Shown in pieces: positions 27,170-35,893 of a stretch of 56,111 bases of DNA (the stretch's first letter is position 1; every line of letters begins with the position of its first letter). The notes under the pieces are model-generated. The model made no database searches and had not been told where the DNA came from. It saw nothing but the letters and a program-made list of their open reading frames with translations. The position numbers and the translations under genes were made by a program. Source of the DNA: Gemmatimonadales bacterium (GTDB lineage Bacteria; Gemmatimonadota; Gemmatimonadetes; Gemmatimonadales; JACORV01); contig DATMBH010000332.1 of the NCBI GenBank assembly GCA_035559335.1, positions 1 through 56,111 on the forward strand. Direction: 5' to 3'.

Positions 27170-27195
27170 GGGGGCCGGGCTCCGGCCCGGCCCCC
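27170..27195 (+). other. GC-rich intercistronic hairpin (no U-tract)
   Basis: gggggccggg / cccggccccc, a 10-bp stem with a 6-nt loop, immediately before the GGAGG RBS of the PorV-like gene. Confidence 0.45.
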
Positions 27196-27208
27196 ACGGA
27201 GGCCTGAC

Positions 27209-28354
27209 ATGCGCAACCGTTCAGTAATGATCGCCCTCGGCCTGCTGGTGGCCGGAACGAGCGCCGCCCGCGCGCAGGGGGTGATTCGCCAGATCGAGTC
27301 CGACAACACCGCCTACGGCACCACGGCGGCGGAATTCCTGCTGGTGCCCGCCTCGGCACGAGGCGCAGCGCTGGGTGGCGGGTTCGCCGCCATCGTGACC
27401 GACGTCTCGTCGGTGCACTACAACCCCGCCGGACTGGCGCTGATGCCGCGGCCCGGACTGCTGGCCTCGCAGATGAACTACGTGGCCGACACCAGGTATA
27501 GCTGGCTCGCGATCGGCATGCCGTTCAGTGGTGGCTCGAGAGCCATAGGACTCTCGGTCACCAACTTCGGCTTCAGCGACCAGCCGGTGTACACGGTCGA
27601 GGACCCGCAGGGTGAGCTGGGCGAGGTGTACTCGGTCTCCCAGACCGCGCTTGGGTTCACTTACTCGCAGCAGTTCTCGGACCGCTTCTCGGCGGGCATG
27701 ACTTTTAAGTTCATCAACGACCGGCTGGGCGATGTGGTTGGTCGCGCCTTCGCGGTCGACTTCGGTACTAGCTTCCGCGCCTCGGTGGGTGGGAGGCCGA
27801 TCCGGGCGGCGTTCGTGATCCAGAACCTCGGTTCCAGCCTTCGTCACGAGGGCTCGGCGCTCGATGTGCTGGTGAACCGCGAGCCCCCGCTGGATCAGCA
27901 GGACGTCCCGCAGGAGCCGGCGCGGGCGCGGCTAAGCACGAAGGAGTGGTCGCTCCCGGTGATCTTCCGGGTGTCGATGGCATACGACCTGTTCGCCACC
28001 CAGTCGAGCCGGTTCTCCGTGCTGGGCGAGTTCACGCAGCCCAACAACACCGAGCCGGCCGTAAACTTCGCCGGGGAGTACTCCATGAACCTCGGCGGTT
28101 CCGGGTTCCAGCTGGCGGGCCGTCTGGGCTGGACTACGCAGCCTGACAACAACCTGGATCCGGCCGGTCCCAGCAGTCCCAATTACGCGGGATTCGAGTC
28201 CACCGTGAGTGACGGTTCCGACGGCCTGTCGGCCGGCGGCGGGCTGAGGTGGCAACGCGACCCGCGTGGCATCGGCATCTCGTTCGACTATGCCTACCGG
28301 CACCTGGGTGTACTGGGGTCGGTCAACATGATCACTGTCGGGCTGAACTGGTAG
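27209..28354 (+). CDS. porV: PorV/PorQ-family outer-membrane protein
   Basis: Signal peptide ...GTSAARA|QGV. GTTAAEFLLVPASARGAALGGGFAAIVTDVSSVHYNPAGLA is the conserved N-terminal PorV/PorQ signature. The sequence has beta-strand periodicity and ends ...ITVGLNW. Confidence 0.75.
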   Translation: MRNRSVMIALGLLVAGTSAARAQGVIRQIESDNTAYGTTAAEFLLVPASARGAALGGGFAAIVTDVSSVHYNPAGLALMPRPGLLASQMNYVADTRYSWLAIGMPFSGGSRAIGLSVTNFGFSDQPVYTVEDPQGELGEVYSVSQTALGFTYSQQFSDRFSAGMTFKFINDRLGDVVGRAFAVDFGTSFRASVGGRPIRAAFVIQNLGSSLRHEGSALDVLVNREPPLDQQDVPQEPARARLSTKEWSLPVIFRVSMAYDLFATQSSRFSVLGEFTQPNNTEPAVNFAGEYSMNLGGSGFQLAGRLGWTTQPDNNLDPAGPSSPNYAGFESTVSDGSDGLSAGGGLRWQRDPRGIGISFDYAYRHLGVLGSVNMITVGLNW

Positions 28355-28371
28355 CCTGATATCTAAGCGGA

Positions 28372-28399
28372 GCGGGCCAGCCGCCGGCGGCTGGCCCGC
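28372..28399 (+). other. perfect 28-nt GC palindrome between the PorV-like and GWxTD genes
   Basis: gcgggccagccgcc|ggcggctggcccgc, with no U-tract. It ends 5 nt before ATG 28405. Confidence 0.45.
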
Positions 28400-28404
28400 C
28401 ACGA

Positions 28405-29829
28405 ATGAGACGACGTCGTTGGATGGGCTGGATGCTGGGCGCCGTGGCGGCCCTGGCATCGGCGGGGAAGGCGGGGGGTCAGGATGCCCCCCTAACTGTG
28501 GCGACGCTGCGGTTCTACAGCCCGGCTAGCGCCACGACGACAATCGAAGGGGTTTGTGAGCTGAGACCGGGCGAGCTGTTCGCTCACCGAGGTCGCAGCG
28601 GGCGGTACCGGTTCTCGGTCGCGGTGTTGGACAGCGCAGGCCTGGAGCTTCAGCGCGGCGAGTGGTCGCGGGAAGTGCCGGCCACGGTGTTGGCGACGCG
28701 TGGGGCAACTGTGGCGGAGTCATTCCGACTCCCGCCGATGGCGCCCGGACGCTACCGCGTTGTGGTCAGGGTGCAGCCCGACGGCGGCAATCCAATCGAG
28801 CGTGAGGCCGAGGTCAGGGCCTGGGCCCAGCGACCGGCCATCAGCGATTTGCTGGTGGCGACCGCGGTGCGGATGGCCGCGTCGGATTCGGATGCTGCGA
28901 CGGCGGGTGAAGTTCGCCGGGGAAGCATGTTGCTGCGCAGCGCCCCGGTGCCCAGCCTGACGCCGACAGACGCCGTGCTGTACTACTACGCGGAGTTGTA
29001 TCCGCGCGGCGTCGAGACGATGACCGGAGAGCTGCGGGCAGAGGTGATCTCGGGCACGCGTACGATAGTCGCCACGCCGCCGAGGCCCGTGCAGGTCGCG
29101 GCGCAGGGCGGCGTCACGCGAGGCCAGTTGGACCTGACCGGGCTGCCTGAAGGCAACTATGTGCTGCGGCTTCGGGTTCGCTTGGGCGACAGCACCGTTA
29201 CCGCGGAAGCCAGGTTCGCGATGGCTGGTGTGGCGGCGCTCGCTGCCGCAGCTCCGCCACCGAGCCGCAGGGCGGCTGAGGAGTTCTTCGCCGAAGCGGA
29301 CGAAGCGCGGCTCGACTCGCTCCAGGCGCCGATAGTGTACTTGGAGCAGGATCAGGAGCGAGGCGTCTATCAGAACCTGACGCTGGAGGGCAAGCGGCGC
29401 TTTCTGGTGGAGTTCTGGAACCGGCGCGATCCGACGCCGGAAACGCCTGACAACACGGCCCTGGTCGAGTTCTATCGCGCCGTGACGTATGTGAACGAGT
29501 CGTTTCGGGAGGGTGGTGCCGGGCAGGTGCCCGGCTGGCGGACCGACAGAGGGCGCATCTATTTGCGCAACGGCCGCCCCGACGAGGTCCACCGGCGTCC
29601 CGCCGCCTCTCCCCGGCCGTTCGAGGTGTGGAAATTCACGCGGGATAGAAACCGCTACTACGTGTTTGTGGATCAGTCGGGGTTCGGTCACTACGTGTTG
29701 TTGGGTACTAACGACCGGCAGGAAGTGACGCAGCAGGAGTGGGAAAGGGTGCTGGGGCCTGAGAGTGCGCAGGAGGTTTACCGCATCCTTGGGATCGAGA
29801 GCACTCGCCTGAGAGATCGCAATCGGTAG
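28405..29829 (+). CDS. GWxTD domain-containing secreted protein
   Basis: The C-terminal domain carries the eponymous motif (VPGWRTDRGRIYLRNGRPDEV...PFEVWKF...YYVFVDQSGFGHYVL). An N-terminal signal peptide is present. Confidence 0.85.
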   Translation: MRRRRWMGWMLGAVAALASAGKAGGQDAPLTVATLRFYSPASATTTIEGVCELRPGELFAHRGRSGRYRFSVAVLDSAGLELQRGEWSREVPATVLATRGATVAESFRLPPMAPGRYRVVVRVQPDGGNPIEREAEVRAWAQRPAISDLLVATAVRMAASDSDAATAGEVRRGSMLLRSAPVPSLTPTDAVLYYYAELYPRGVETMTGELRAEVISGTRTIVATPPRPVQVAAQGGVTRGQLDLTGLPEGNYVLRLRVRLGDSTVTAEARFAMAGVAALAAAAPPPSRRAAEEFFAEADEARLDSLQAPIVYLEQDQERGVYQNLTLEGKRRFLVEFWNRRDPTPETPDNTALVEFYRAVTYVNESFREGGAGQVPGWRTDRGRIYLRNGRPDEVHRRPAASPRPFEVWKFTRDRNRYYVFVDQSGFGHYVLLGTNDRQEVTQQEWERVLGPESAQEVYRILGIESTRLRDRNR

Positions 29830-29860
29830 GGATCACGCGTTTTACTGAGCGAGGGGGATC

Positions 29861-31561
29861 ATGAAGCGTCATCGTAAGTCTGGTCTGGCCGCGGCCGCAC
29901 TAATCGTGCTTGGGGCCGCCGCGTGCTTCGACGACCCGACGAGCTCGTTGCGGGAAGGGCCGGCTGCGCTGGCACTGAACCGTACTTCGGTTACTGTGCG
30001 GTATGGTGACAGCACCGCGGTCGAGGCAATCCTGCGCGACGCACAGGGCAACCCGCTGTCACCGACTGGGATCACCTGGTCCACGGCAGATCCCACCATC
30101 GCCGTGGTCAACGTAGACGAGGCGCGCCCCATTCCCGGTCAGGCGTACGCCCGCGCATTCGTGCGCGGCGTGTCCGCTATCGGCGGGATCACAACCGTCA
30201 CGGTGACCACTCAGGGGCAGAGCGCCAGCTTCCGGGTGCTGGTGCTGCCAGCCACGTTCACCGGGGCCACCTCGGTGGTCGGCACGGCCGTTGCTGACAC
30301 GATCGTGACCAACACACCCTCCGGTCCGGTGTCGTCGTTCATCACTGCGGGTGAGACGCTTACGGTTCAGGTACCGGCGACCTATGTGTTCGACCCGGCG
30401 GCCTCCGGCGTCTTTTTCGGCCCGAACAGCGCCTACATCATCTCCCGCGACAGTTTCACCATCAAGGCGATGGCGCGCTATCCATACGCGGGCAAGGCAC
30501 GGATCACCAACCTGCGCTTCCGCGGGAACTCCGAAACTGGAGTTGTAGACATCGCCAGTCTCGAAACGGACAGCATTGCCATAGCGAGGGCGAGGTTCCG
30601 GGGCACCGTCGCCGTGGCCGCGAGCGCGTTCGGTCCGAACACACAGATGACTGTGACGGCTCCAGCGGGTGTCAGTTTCAGTTCATCGTCGCAGGTCCGG
30701 CTTGGCTCCACGACTGCCATTCGTCTTTCGCAGAGCGCGACCCAGCTGGTGGTGATATCGGCCACGGCCTACACCGGCACGATCATGGTGACCAATGCGA
30801 CCGTTGGTACCGGGACGATTGACTCGCTTCGCTCGATGGCTAGCTCCACGATCAACGCCTCGTTCTTCCCCGGAACGGTGACTAACGGAGCGGGCAACTA
30901 CCTCGACACGATCGTGGTGCGGTGCAACGGATTGTGCACATTCCGCACGGCAACGACGGCGCCCGGACCTTCGCAGGTAACTGTGAACGGGGCGCAGGCT
31001 TTCTTGGTACAGCGCACCGCCGACAGCATGAAGGTGATCGCTTCGCGGCCCGGAACGGGACCCGTCACCGTGAGCAACGTAATAGTTTCGGGGACGACGA
31101 TCCCATCGCTCAGCACCTCGGGGACAATCACCGTGAGCACCACGCCTGGTGATCCCACCGAGCCGGCGAACAATACTCCGGGTGGCACCACTATCACGCT
31201 GACCGGCACGACATCAGCGAACCCGCTCGTGATATACGGGACGATTGACGACGGTACGGGCGCCGGCGATGTGGATGACTTCTACACGTTCAGCTCGGTA
31301 GCCGGCGACACGGTGGTGATCCAGCTGACGTTCGCGGGCACGGGTGCCGGCGGCGCGACCAACCCGGATATCGACCTGCTGGCGTGCAACGCCGCATGCA
31401 ACGCATTCGTCGGCGGCTTCGGCGGCGCGACTGCGGGCAACCCGGAGAACCTCACGCTCAACTTCCCGCCGCTTGCGGACGGGACGTATCACATCTACGT
31501 GAACGGCTGGGACACAGGTGGATTGACCTACTCGTATCGCCTGTCGGTGTACATACGCTAG
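29861..31561 (+). CDS. lipoprotein with bacterial Ig-like (Big_2) and C-terminal pre-peptidase (PPC)-like domains
   Basis: Lipobox-like LIVLGAAAC. Big_2-like LALNRTSVTVRYGDSTAVEAILRDAQGNPLSPTGITWSTADPTIAVV. PPC-like DVDDFYTFSSVAGDTVVIQL...DIDLL...GTYHIYVNGWD. Confidence 0.75.
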   Translation: MKRHRKSGLAAAALIVLGAAACFDDPTSSLREGPAALALNRTSVTVRYGDSTAVEAILRDAQGNPLSPTGITWSTADPTIAVVNVDEARPIPGQAYARAFVRGVSAIGGITTVTVTTQGQSASFRVLVLPATFTGATSVVGTAVADTIVTNTPSGPVSSFITAGETLTVQVPATYVFDPAASGVFFGPNSAYIISRDSFTIKAMARYPYAGKARITNLRFRGNSETGVVDIASLETDSIAIARARFRGTVAVAASAFGPNTQMTVTAPAGVSFSSSSQVRLGSTTAIRLSQSATQLVVISATAYTGTIMVTNATVGTGTIDSLRSMASSTINASFFPGTVTNGAGNYLDTIVVRCNGLCTFRTATTAPGPSQVTVNGAQAFLVQRTADSMKVIASRPGTGPVTVSNVIVSGTTIPSLSTSGTITVSTTPGDPTEPANNTPGGTTITLTGTTSANPLVIYGTIDDGTGAGDVDDFYTFSSVAGDTVVIQLTFAGTGAGGATNPDIDLLACNAACNAFVGGFGGATAGNPENLTLNFPPLADGTYHIYVNGWDTGGLTYSYRLSVYIR

Positions 31562-31584
31562 AGTAGATCTGACTTGAATGGTGC

Positions 31585-31614
31585 GGCCCCGGGTGTCCCA
31601 GGACACCCGGGGCC
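31585..31614. terminator. bidirectional intrinsic terminator closing the island
   Basis: Perfect 14-nt arms ggccccgggtgtcc / ggacacccggggcc, followed by tttgtttcg. It lies between convergent genes. Confidence 0.75.
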
Positions 31615-31635
31615 TTTGTTTCGTAGCCAAACGGG

Positions 31636-32004
31636 TCAGCCGCTCGCGGCGTTGATCAGCGCGTCCAGATCCATCGGCTTCGCCAGGAATAGGTTCGCCC
31701 CGGCACGGAGGAAGGCCTCCTCCACCGCCGCCGAAGCTACGCCACTGACCGCTATGATGCGGCAGCGGGGGTTCGAGCCACGGAGCTCCTTGACCACGTC
31801 GAGTCCCCCCGTGCCGGGCAGCACCAGATCTACAATGGCGGCGTCGATCGCGTCCCCGGACCTTGCCAGGGCAACCGCCTCCGCCCCGGTCCTCGCGGTG
31901 CGCACCAGCCAGCCGCGCTGTGCGAACGCCCGTACCAGGACCCGCGACAGGTCTTCGTCGTCGTCCGCTATCAGCAGGGTCCGTGTCGGCTCGGAAGCTG
32001 TCAT
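31636..32004 (-). CDS. stand-alone response-regulator receiver domain protein
   Basis: LLIADDDEDL, phospho-acceptor context AAIVDLVLPG, IIAVSG and LFLAKP. At 122 aa it has no output domain. ATG 32004 lies 14 nt after the DUF420 stop. Confidence 0.8.
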   Translation of the reverse strand: MTASEPTRTLLIADDDEDLSRVLVRAFAQRGWLVRTARTGAEAVALARSGDAIDAAIVDLVLPGTGGLDVVKELRGSNPRCRIIAVSGVASAAVEEAFLRAGANLFLAKPMDLDALINAASG

Positions 32005-32018
32005 CCCGAAGCCTAACC

Positions 32019-32441
32019 CTACCACTCTGTCCGGTACAGCATCCAGTACACTATCACGCCGGTCACGGACACGTACAGCCATAACGGGAGTGTCCACCGG
32101 GCTATCCGGCGATGCGCAGCCACCCGGAGCTTCAGGCCGCGCGCCAGCGTCACCAAGACCAGGGGCACGATGGCGGCGGCCAGCACCGTGTGCGAAATGA
32201 GGACGGAGAAATACAGTGTCCGCGGCCAGCCCTGGCCGGGAAACGGCCTGGAGCCGACCTGGACGTGATACACCAGGTACGAAATCAGGAACAGCGCCGA
32301 CGTGCCGACCGCCGCGAGCATCGTGCGGCGGTGGGCCGCGACGCGCTTGCGGCGAATCAGCCTCCAGGCCGTGATCAGCAGTGCGGCCGTGATTCCGTTG
32401 AGTGTCGCGTTTAGGTGCGGGAGTACGGCGGCGTCCATCAT
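32019..32441 (-). CDS. DUF420 membrane protein (heme-copper oxidase associated family)
   Basis: LPHLNATLNGITAALLITAWRLIRRKRVAAHRRTMLAAVGTSALFLISYLVYH matches the DUF420 pattern. The start overlaps the ctaB stop (ATGA-type). Confidence 0.75.
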   Translation of the reverse strand: MMDAAVLPHLNATLNGITAALLITAWRLIRRKRVAAHRRTMLAAVGTSALFLISYLVYHVQVGSRPFPGQGWPRTLYFSVLISHTVLAAAIVPLVLVTLARGLKLRVAAHRRIARWTLPLWLYVSVTGVIVYWMLYRTEW

Positions 32442-33349
32442 GCCGGTGTGAACAGCATCAGCACGAGCAGCAGCGGCAGATAGAGCAGCGAGAACCGGAA
32501 CAGCGCACGCGCGCGCGCGGTGCTCAAAGGGTCACCAAGCAGCCGCCACGCCGCCCCGAAGTACGTAAGACTGAGCGCCAGCGCCCCGAGCGCGTACCAC
32601 CTGCCGGCCACTCCCAGCGCGAACGGCAGCAGGGCTGCGAAGACCAGCGCTCCGGCGTGCACCACGGCCTGTCGGGCGGTGGACCGCCCTCCGGGCTCCA
32701 CGACCGGAAGGACCCGGAAGCCGGCGCTGGCGTAGTCGTCTCGACACAGCAAGGCGATCGCCAAGAAGTGCGGCATCTGCCAGAAAAACAGAATGAGAAA
32801 CAGGGAAAAAGGCTCAGCGCCCAGGGAGCCGGTCGCCGCCGACCAGCCCATCATCGGCGGAATCGCGCCCGGGACGGCACCGACTAGTGTGGCCAGGGGC
32901 GTAGTGCGCTTGAGCGGCGTGTAGAGCAGCACGTAGCTGGTGGTGGTGACGACTCCCAGCAGAGCCGTCAGCGGGTTGGATAACGCGGCCAGGTAAGCGG
33001 TTCCGCCCGTGAACAGCGCCACGGCGAACCCCAGCGCCGGCATGACCGTCATTCGCCCCGCAGGCAGCGGCCGCGAGCGGGTGCGGGACATCGCCGCGTC
33101 CTGGCGCCGCTCCAGCACCTGGTTGAACGCCGCGGCAGCTGCCGCGACCAGCCAGGTGCCCACCAAGGCATGCACGAGCCGCACGGGATCGTAGGGTCCA
33201 GGCGCCGCCAGGAAGCCGGCAACCGTGGTCATTACAACCAGCAGGGTGAGCCGCGGCTTGGTGAGCTGAAGGAAGTCGGAGGGGCGGCTCGCCGCTGCGA
33301 CCGGCTCCGCGTCGCCTGCCGCAGGCAGAGCGGTCGGCGCGCTGCTCAT
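32438..33349 (-). CDS. ctaB: protoheme IX farnesyltransferase (heme O synthase)
   Basis: UbiA-type protein: DFLQLTKPRLTLLVVMTTVAGF, FNQVLERRQDAAMSRTRSRPLPAGR, and WQMPHFLAIA. ATG 33349 lies just after the ctaA stop. Confidence 0.9.
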   Translation of the reverse strand: MSSAPTALPAAGDAEPVAAASRPSDFLQLTKPRLTLLVVMTTVAGFLAAPGPYDPVRLVHALVGTWLVAAAAAAFNQVLERRQDAAMSRTRSRPLPAGRMTVMPALGFAVALFTGGTAYLAALSNPLTALLGVVTTTSYVLLYTPLKRTTPLATLVGAVPGAIPPMMGWSAATGSLGAEPFSLFLILFFWQMPHFLAIALLCRDDYASAGFRVLPVVEPGGRSTARQAVVHAGALVFAALLPFALGVAGRWYALGALALSLTYFGAAWRLLGDPLSTARARALFRFSLLYLPLLLVLMLFTPA

Positions 33350-33353
33350 CAGC

Positions 33354-34274
33354 TCAGGCGGCTCCAACCGGCCGCAATGCATGGTGGACCCTGATCGCCA
33401 CCAGCGCCATGAGGGCGAGAACCAGTGCGCCAACCGACTGGTGGGCGGTGGTGGGCACCACGTCGCGGCGCAGCCAGATGGTCAGAGCGCCCAGCAGGAT
33501 CTGGGTGGCGGTCGCCGCCAGCAGCAGGTGGACTGGAAGCCTGAGCCAGGAATCGGCGCGGTGCAACCGCAGCACCCTCCAGGCTGGCCAGGCAATGCAG
33601 CCGGCGGCGACCACGGCGCCGAGGCGGTGAGCGAACTGCCACGCGATCGGCGCAGCATCGAAGGGCGGAATGATCCGGCCGTAGTTCAGCGGGAAATCCG
33701 GAATCGCAAGTCCGGCGCCGATGTGTCTCACTATTGCGCCGAGCACTATCTGGGCGAACGTCGCGGCGCAGGCGATCAACGCCGCAAGCCTGGTCAGCTC
33801 AGCGCCGCGCTCGCCTCGCGGCGCCACGAGTCGAAAGCCCGGAGCCGTCACTGCGGCCATCAGGACCGTCGCGGAGAACACCAGCTGCGCAAGACCGGCG
33901 TGGGCGACCGATACCGCATCTGGCAGCCGCATCAGTACCGTGAGACCGCCCAGAACGCCCTGGAGCACCACGGCACCGAGCAGGGCCCAACCGAGCTGTC
34001 GTACCCAACTCCGGGGCTCCACCAGGTGCGTCCAGGCGGCAAGAACGACGATCAGTAGGCCGACCACGGAGGCCACCATACGGTGGCCGTGCTCGAACAG
34101 CACGCCGCCTTCCATGCGCGGGAATACCTGGCCGAACGAGAGCGGCCAATCCGGTACTGCGAGCCCGCTGCCGGTGCTGGTGACCAGTCCTCCGGCAACT
34201 ATTAAGAGGAAAGTGCAACCCGCGACCAGCTGGGCGAACCGGTGGTGGCGCAGAAGGGCATCAGGCATAACCAC
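33354..34274 (-). CDS. ctaA: heme A synthase (COX15/CtaA family)
   Basis: LLIVAGGLVTSTGSGLAVPDWPLSFG and FEHGHRMVASVVGL, then a second half with QFAHRLGA and conserved His in TM helices. Confidence 0.85.
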   Translation of the reverse strand: MVMPDALLRHHRFAQLVAGCTFLLIVAGGLVTSTGSGLAVPDWPLSFGQVFPRMEGGVLFEHGHRMVASVVGLLIVVLAAWTHLVEPRSWVRQLGWALLGAVVLQGVLGGLTVLMRLPDAVSVAHAGLAQLVFSATVLMAAVTAPGFRLVAPRGERGAELTRLAALIACAATFAQIVLGAIVRHIGAGLAIPDFPLNYGRIIPPFDAAPIAWQFAHRLGAVVAAGCIAWPAWRVLRLHRADSWLRLPVHLLLAATATQILLGALTIWLRRDVVPTTAHQSVGALVLALMALVAIRVHHALRPVGAA

Positions 34275-34350
34275 TCAAGATACCGGGGTTCTGGCGCCGG
34301 TCGCCACGTCGCGGCTGTTCGACCCTACCGGGCCGTGTTACACTAGGCCG

Positions 34351-35709
34351 ATGCAACCACAGCAGGGAACCACGCCCGGGGAAGACCGGTGGGGTTCGAG
34401 GCTGCCTCGGAGCCTCGGCCTCTTCAGCGCCATCGCTCTGGTAATCGGCTCCACTATTGGCAGCGGCATCTTCAGGGTCCCGGCGCGGATTGCCGACCAG
34501 GTTCCCGCGGCGCTGCCCATGCTGTCGGTGTGGATAGTGGGTGGAGCGCTCGCGCTGTGCGGCGCCCTGACGTACGCGGAACTGGGAGGGCTGTTTCCCA
34601 ACTCCGGCGGCGTCTATCGCTGGGTGAAGGAGGGTCACGGCAACCTGGCCGGGTTTCTGTACGGTTGGTCTGAGCTGGTCGTGATCCGGGCGTCCTCGCT
34701 GGGCGCCATTTCGACGGTCTTTGCCGAGTACCTGCTGCGCGTGATCCACGGGCGGGCGCCGGCCGACGGGAGCCTGTCGGTGCACCTGGTAGCCGCGGGC
34801 GTGATAGCGGTCATGGCGGCTCTCAACTATGTCGGGGTGCGCTGGGCCTCGGTGGTGGTCAATCTGACCTCGGCGGGCAAGTTCGGCGCCCTGGTTCTGA
34901 TCTTCCTAGGGGCCTACCTCATAGGAGACGGCAGCTTCGCCAATTTCACCCAGGTGGAAGGTCCGGTGACCGCCGGCGCCTTCGGGCTGTCCCTCATTGC
35001 GGTAATGTGGGCGTACGACGGCTTCGCGGATCTGGCGCGTGTGGGAGGCGAGATCCGCGACCCGGAGCGCAACCTGCCGCGGGCCCTGGTGATCGGCACT
35101 GTGGCCATCATCGGCGTGTATCTCGCGGCCAACGCGGCATACCTCTACCTGATTCCGGTGGCGCAGATGAGGACGAGCACGCTGGTAGCAGCTGACGCGG
35201 CGCAGCTGCTGGTGGGCAGGGTGGGCGTGGGGTTGGTAAGCCTGGCGGTCATGGTTTCCACGCTGGGCGCTGTGGCGAGCGTGATGTTCACCAGTCCCCG
35301 GATTTTCTTCGCGATGGCGGACGACGGGCTGTTCTTCCGGTCGCTGGCCCGGGTGCACCCGCGGTTCCAGACCCCCTCGCGGTCGATCGTCCTGACGGCC
35401 GGGATGGCGGTCCTGTTCGTGCTGTTCCTGGACTTCGAGGCGCTCTCGGACACCTTTGTGCTGGCCACCTGGCCTTTTTACGCCCTGGCGGCGGCGAGCG
35501 TGTTCGTGCTGAGGGCCCGGGCCCCCGAGCTGCGGCGGCCGGTGCGGGTGGTCGGCTACCCGGTGGTGCCGGCGTTGTTCATCCTGGCGGCGACCGCCAT
35601 GATCGTCAACGCGCTGGCCAGGGACGCGGATCGGGCGCTGCTGGCCTTCGGGCTGATCGTCTCGGGCCTGCCGGCCTACGCGCTGTGGCGCCGGTTCGGC
35701 GGCCCCTGA
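34351..35709 (+). CDS. APC-family amino acid permease
   Basis: ATG 34351. LFSAIALVIGSTIGSGIFRVPA, LTYAELGGLFPNSGGVYRWV, about 12 TM helices. The N-terminal half of the 662-aa track ORF is antisense to ctaA and was discarded. Confidence 0.85.
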   Translation: MQPQQGTTPGEDRWGSRLPRSLGLFSAIALVIGSTIGSGIFRVPARIADQVPAALPMLSVWIVGGALALCGALTYAELGGLFPNSGGVYRWVKEGHGNLAGFLYGWSELVVIRASSLGAISTVFAEYLLRVIHGRAPADGSLSVHLVAAGVIAVMAALNYVGVRWASVVVNLTSAGKFGALVLIFLGAYLIGDGSFANFTQVEGPVTAGAFGLSLIAVMWAYDGFADLARVGGEIRDPERNLPRALVIGTVAIIGVYLAANAAYLYLIPVAQMRTSTLVAADAAQLLVGRVGVGLVSLAVMVSTLGAVASVMFTSPRIFFAMADDGLFFRSLARVHPRFQTPSRSIVLTAGMAVLFVLFLDFEALSDTFVLATWPFYALAAASVFVLRARAPELRRPVRVVGYPVVPALFILAATAMIVNALARDADRALLAFGLIVSGLPAYALWRRFGGP

Positions 35710-35714
35710 GGGCC

Positions 35715-35766
35715 GACCCCCGACCACCGTCCCCTGATTGCAGACCCCTGACCACCGTCCCCCCTG
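35715..35766 (+). repeat. C-rich, G-poor direct repeat (2 copies, about 22 nt)
   Basis: gacccccgaccaccgtcccctg, then 6 nt, then gacccctgaccaccgtcccccctg. It lies immediately after the permease stop. Confidence 0.6.
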
Positions 35767-35893
35767 TCTCTATGACGGGATCTTTAGGCTCGGATTCCTT
35801 GCTGGCCCCCCTGCCGGGAATTAACTTTGGCCGGCCCTGAAGGACCTGTGCTCGTTCGGTATAACCAAGCTGACAAAAACCCAGGAGCGTGCT

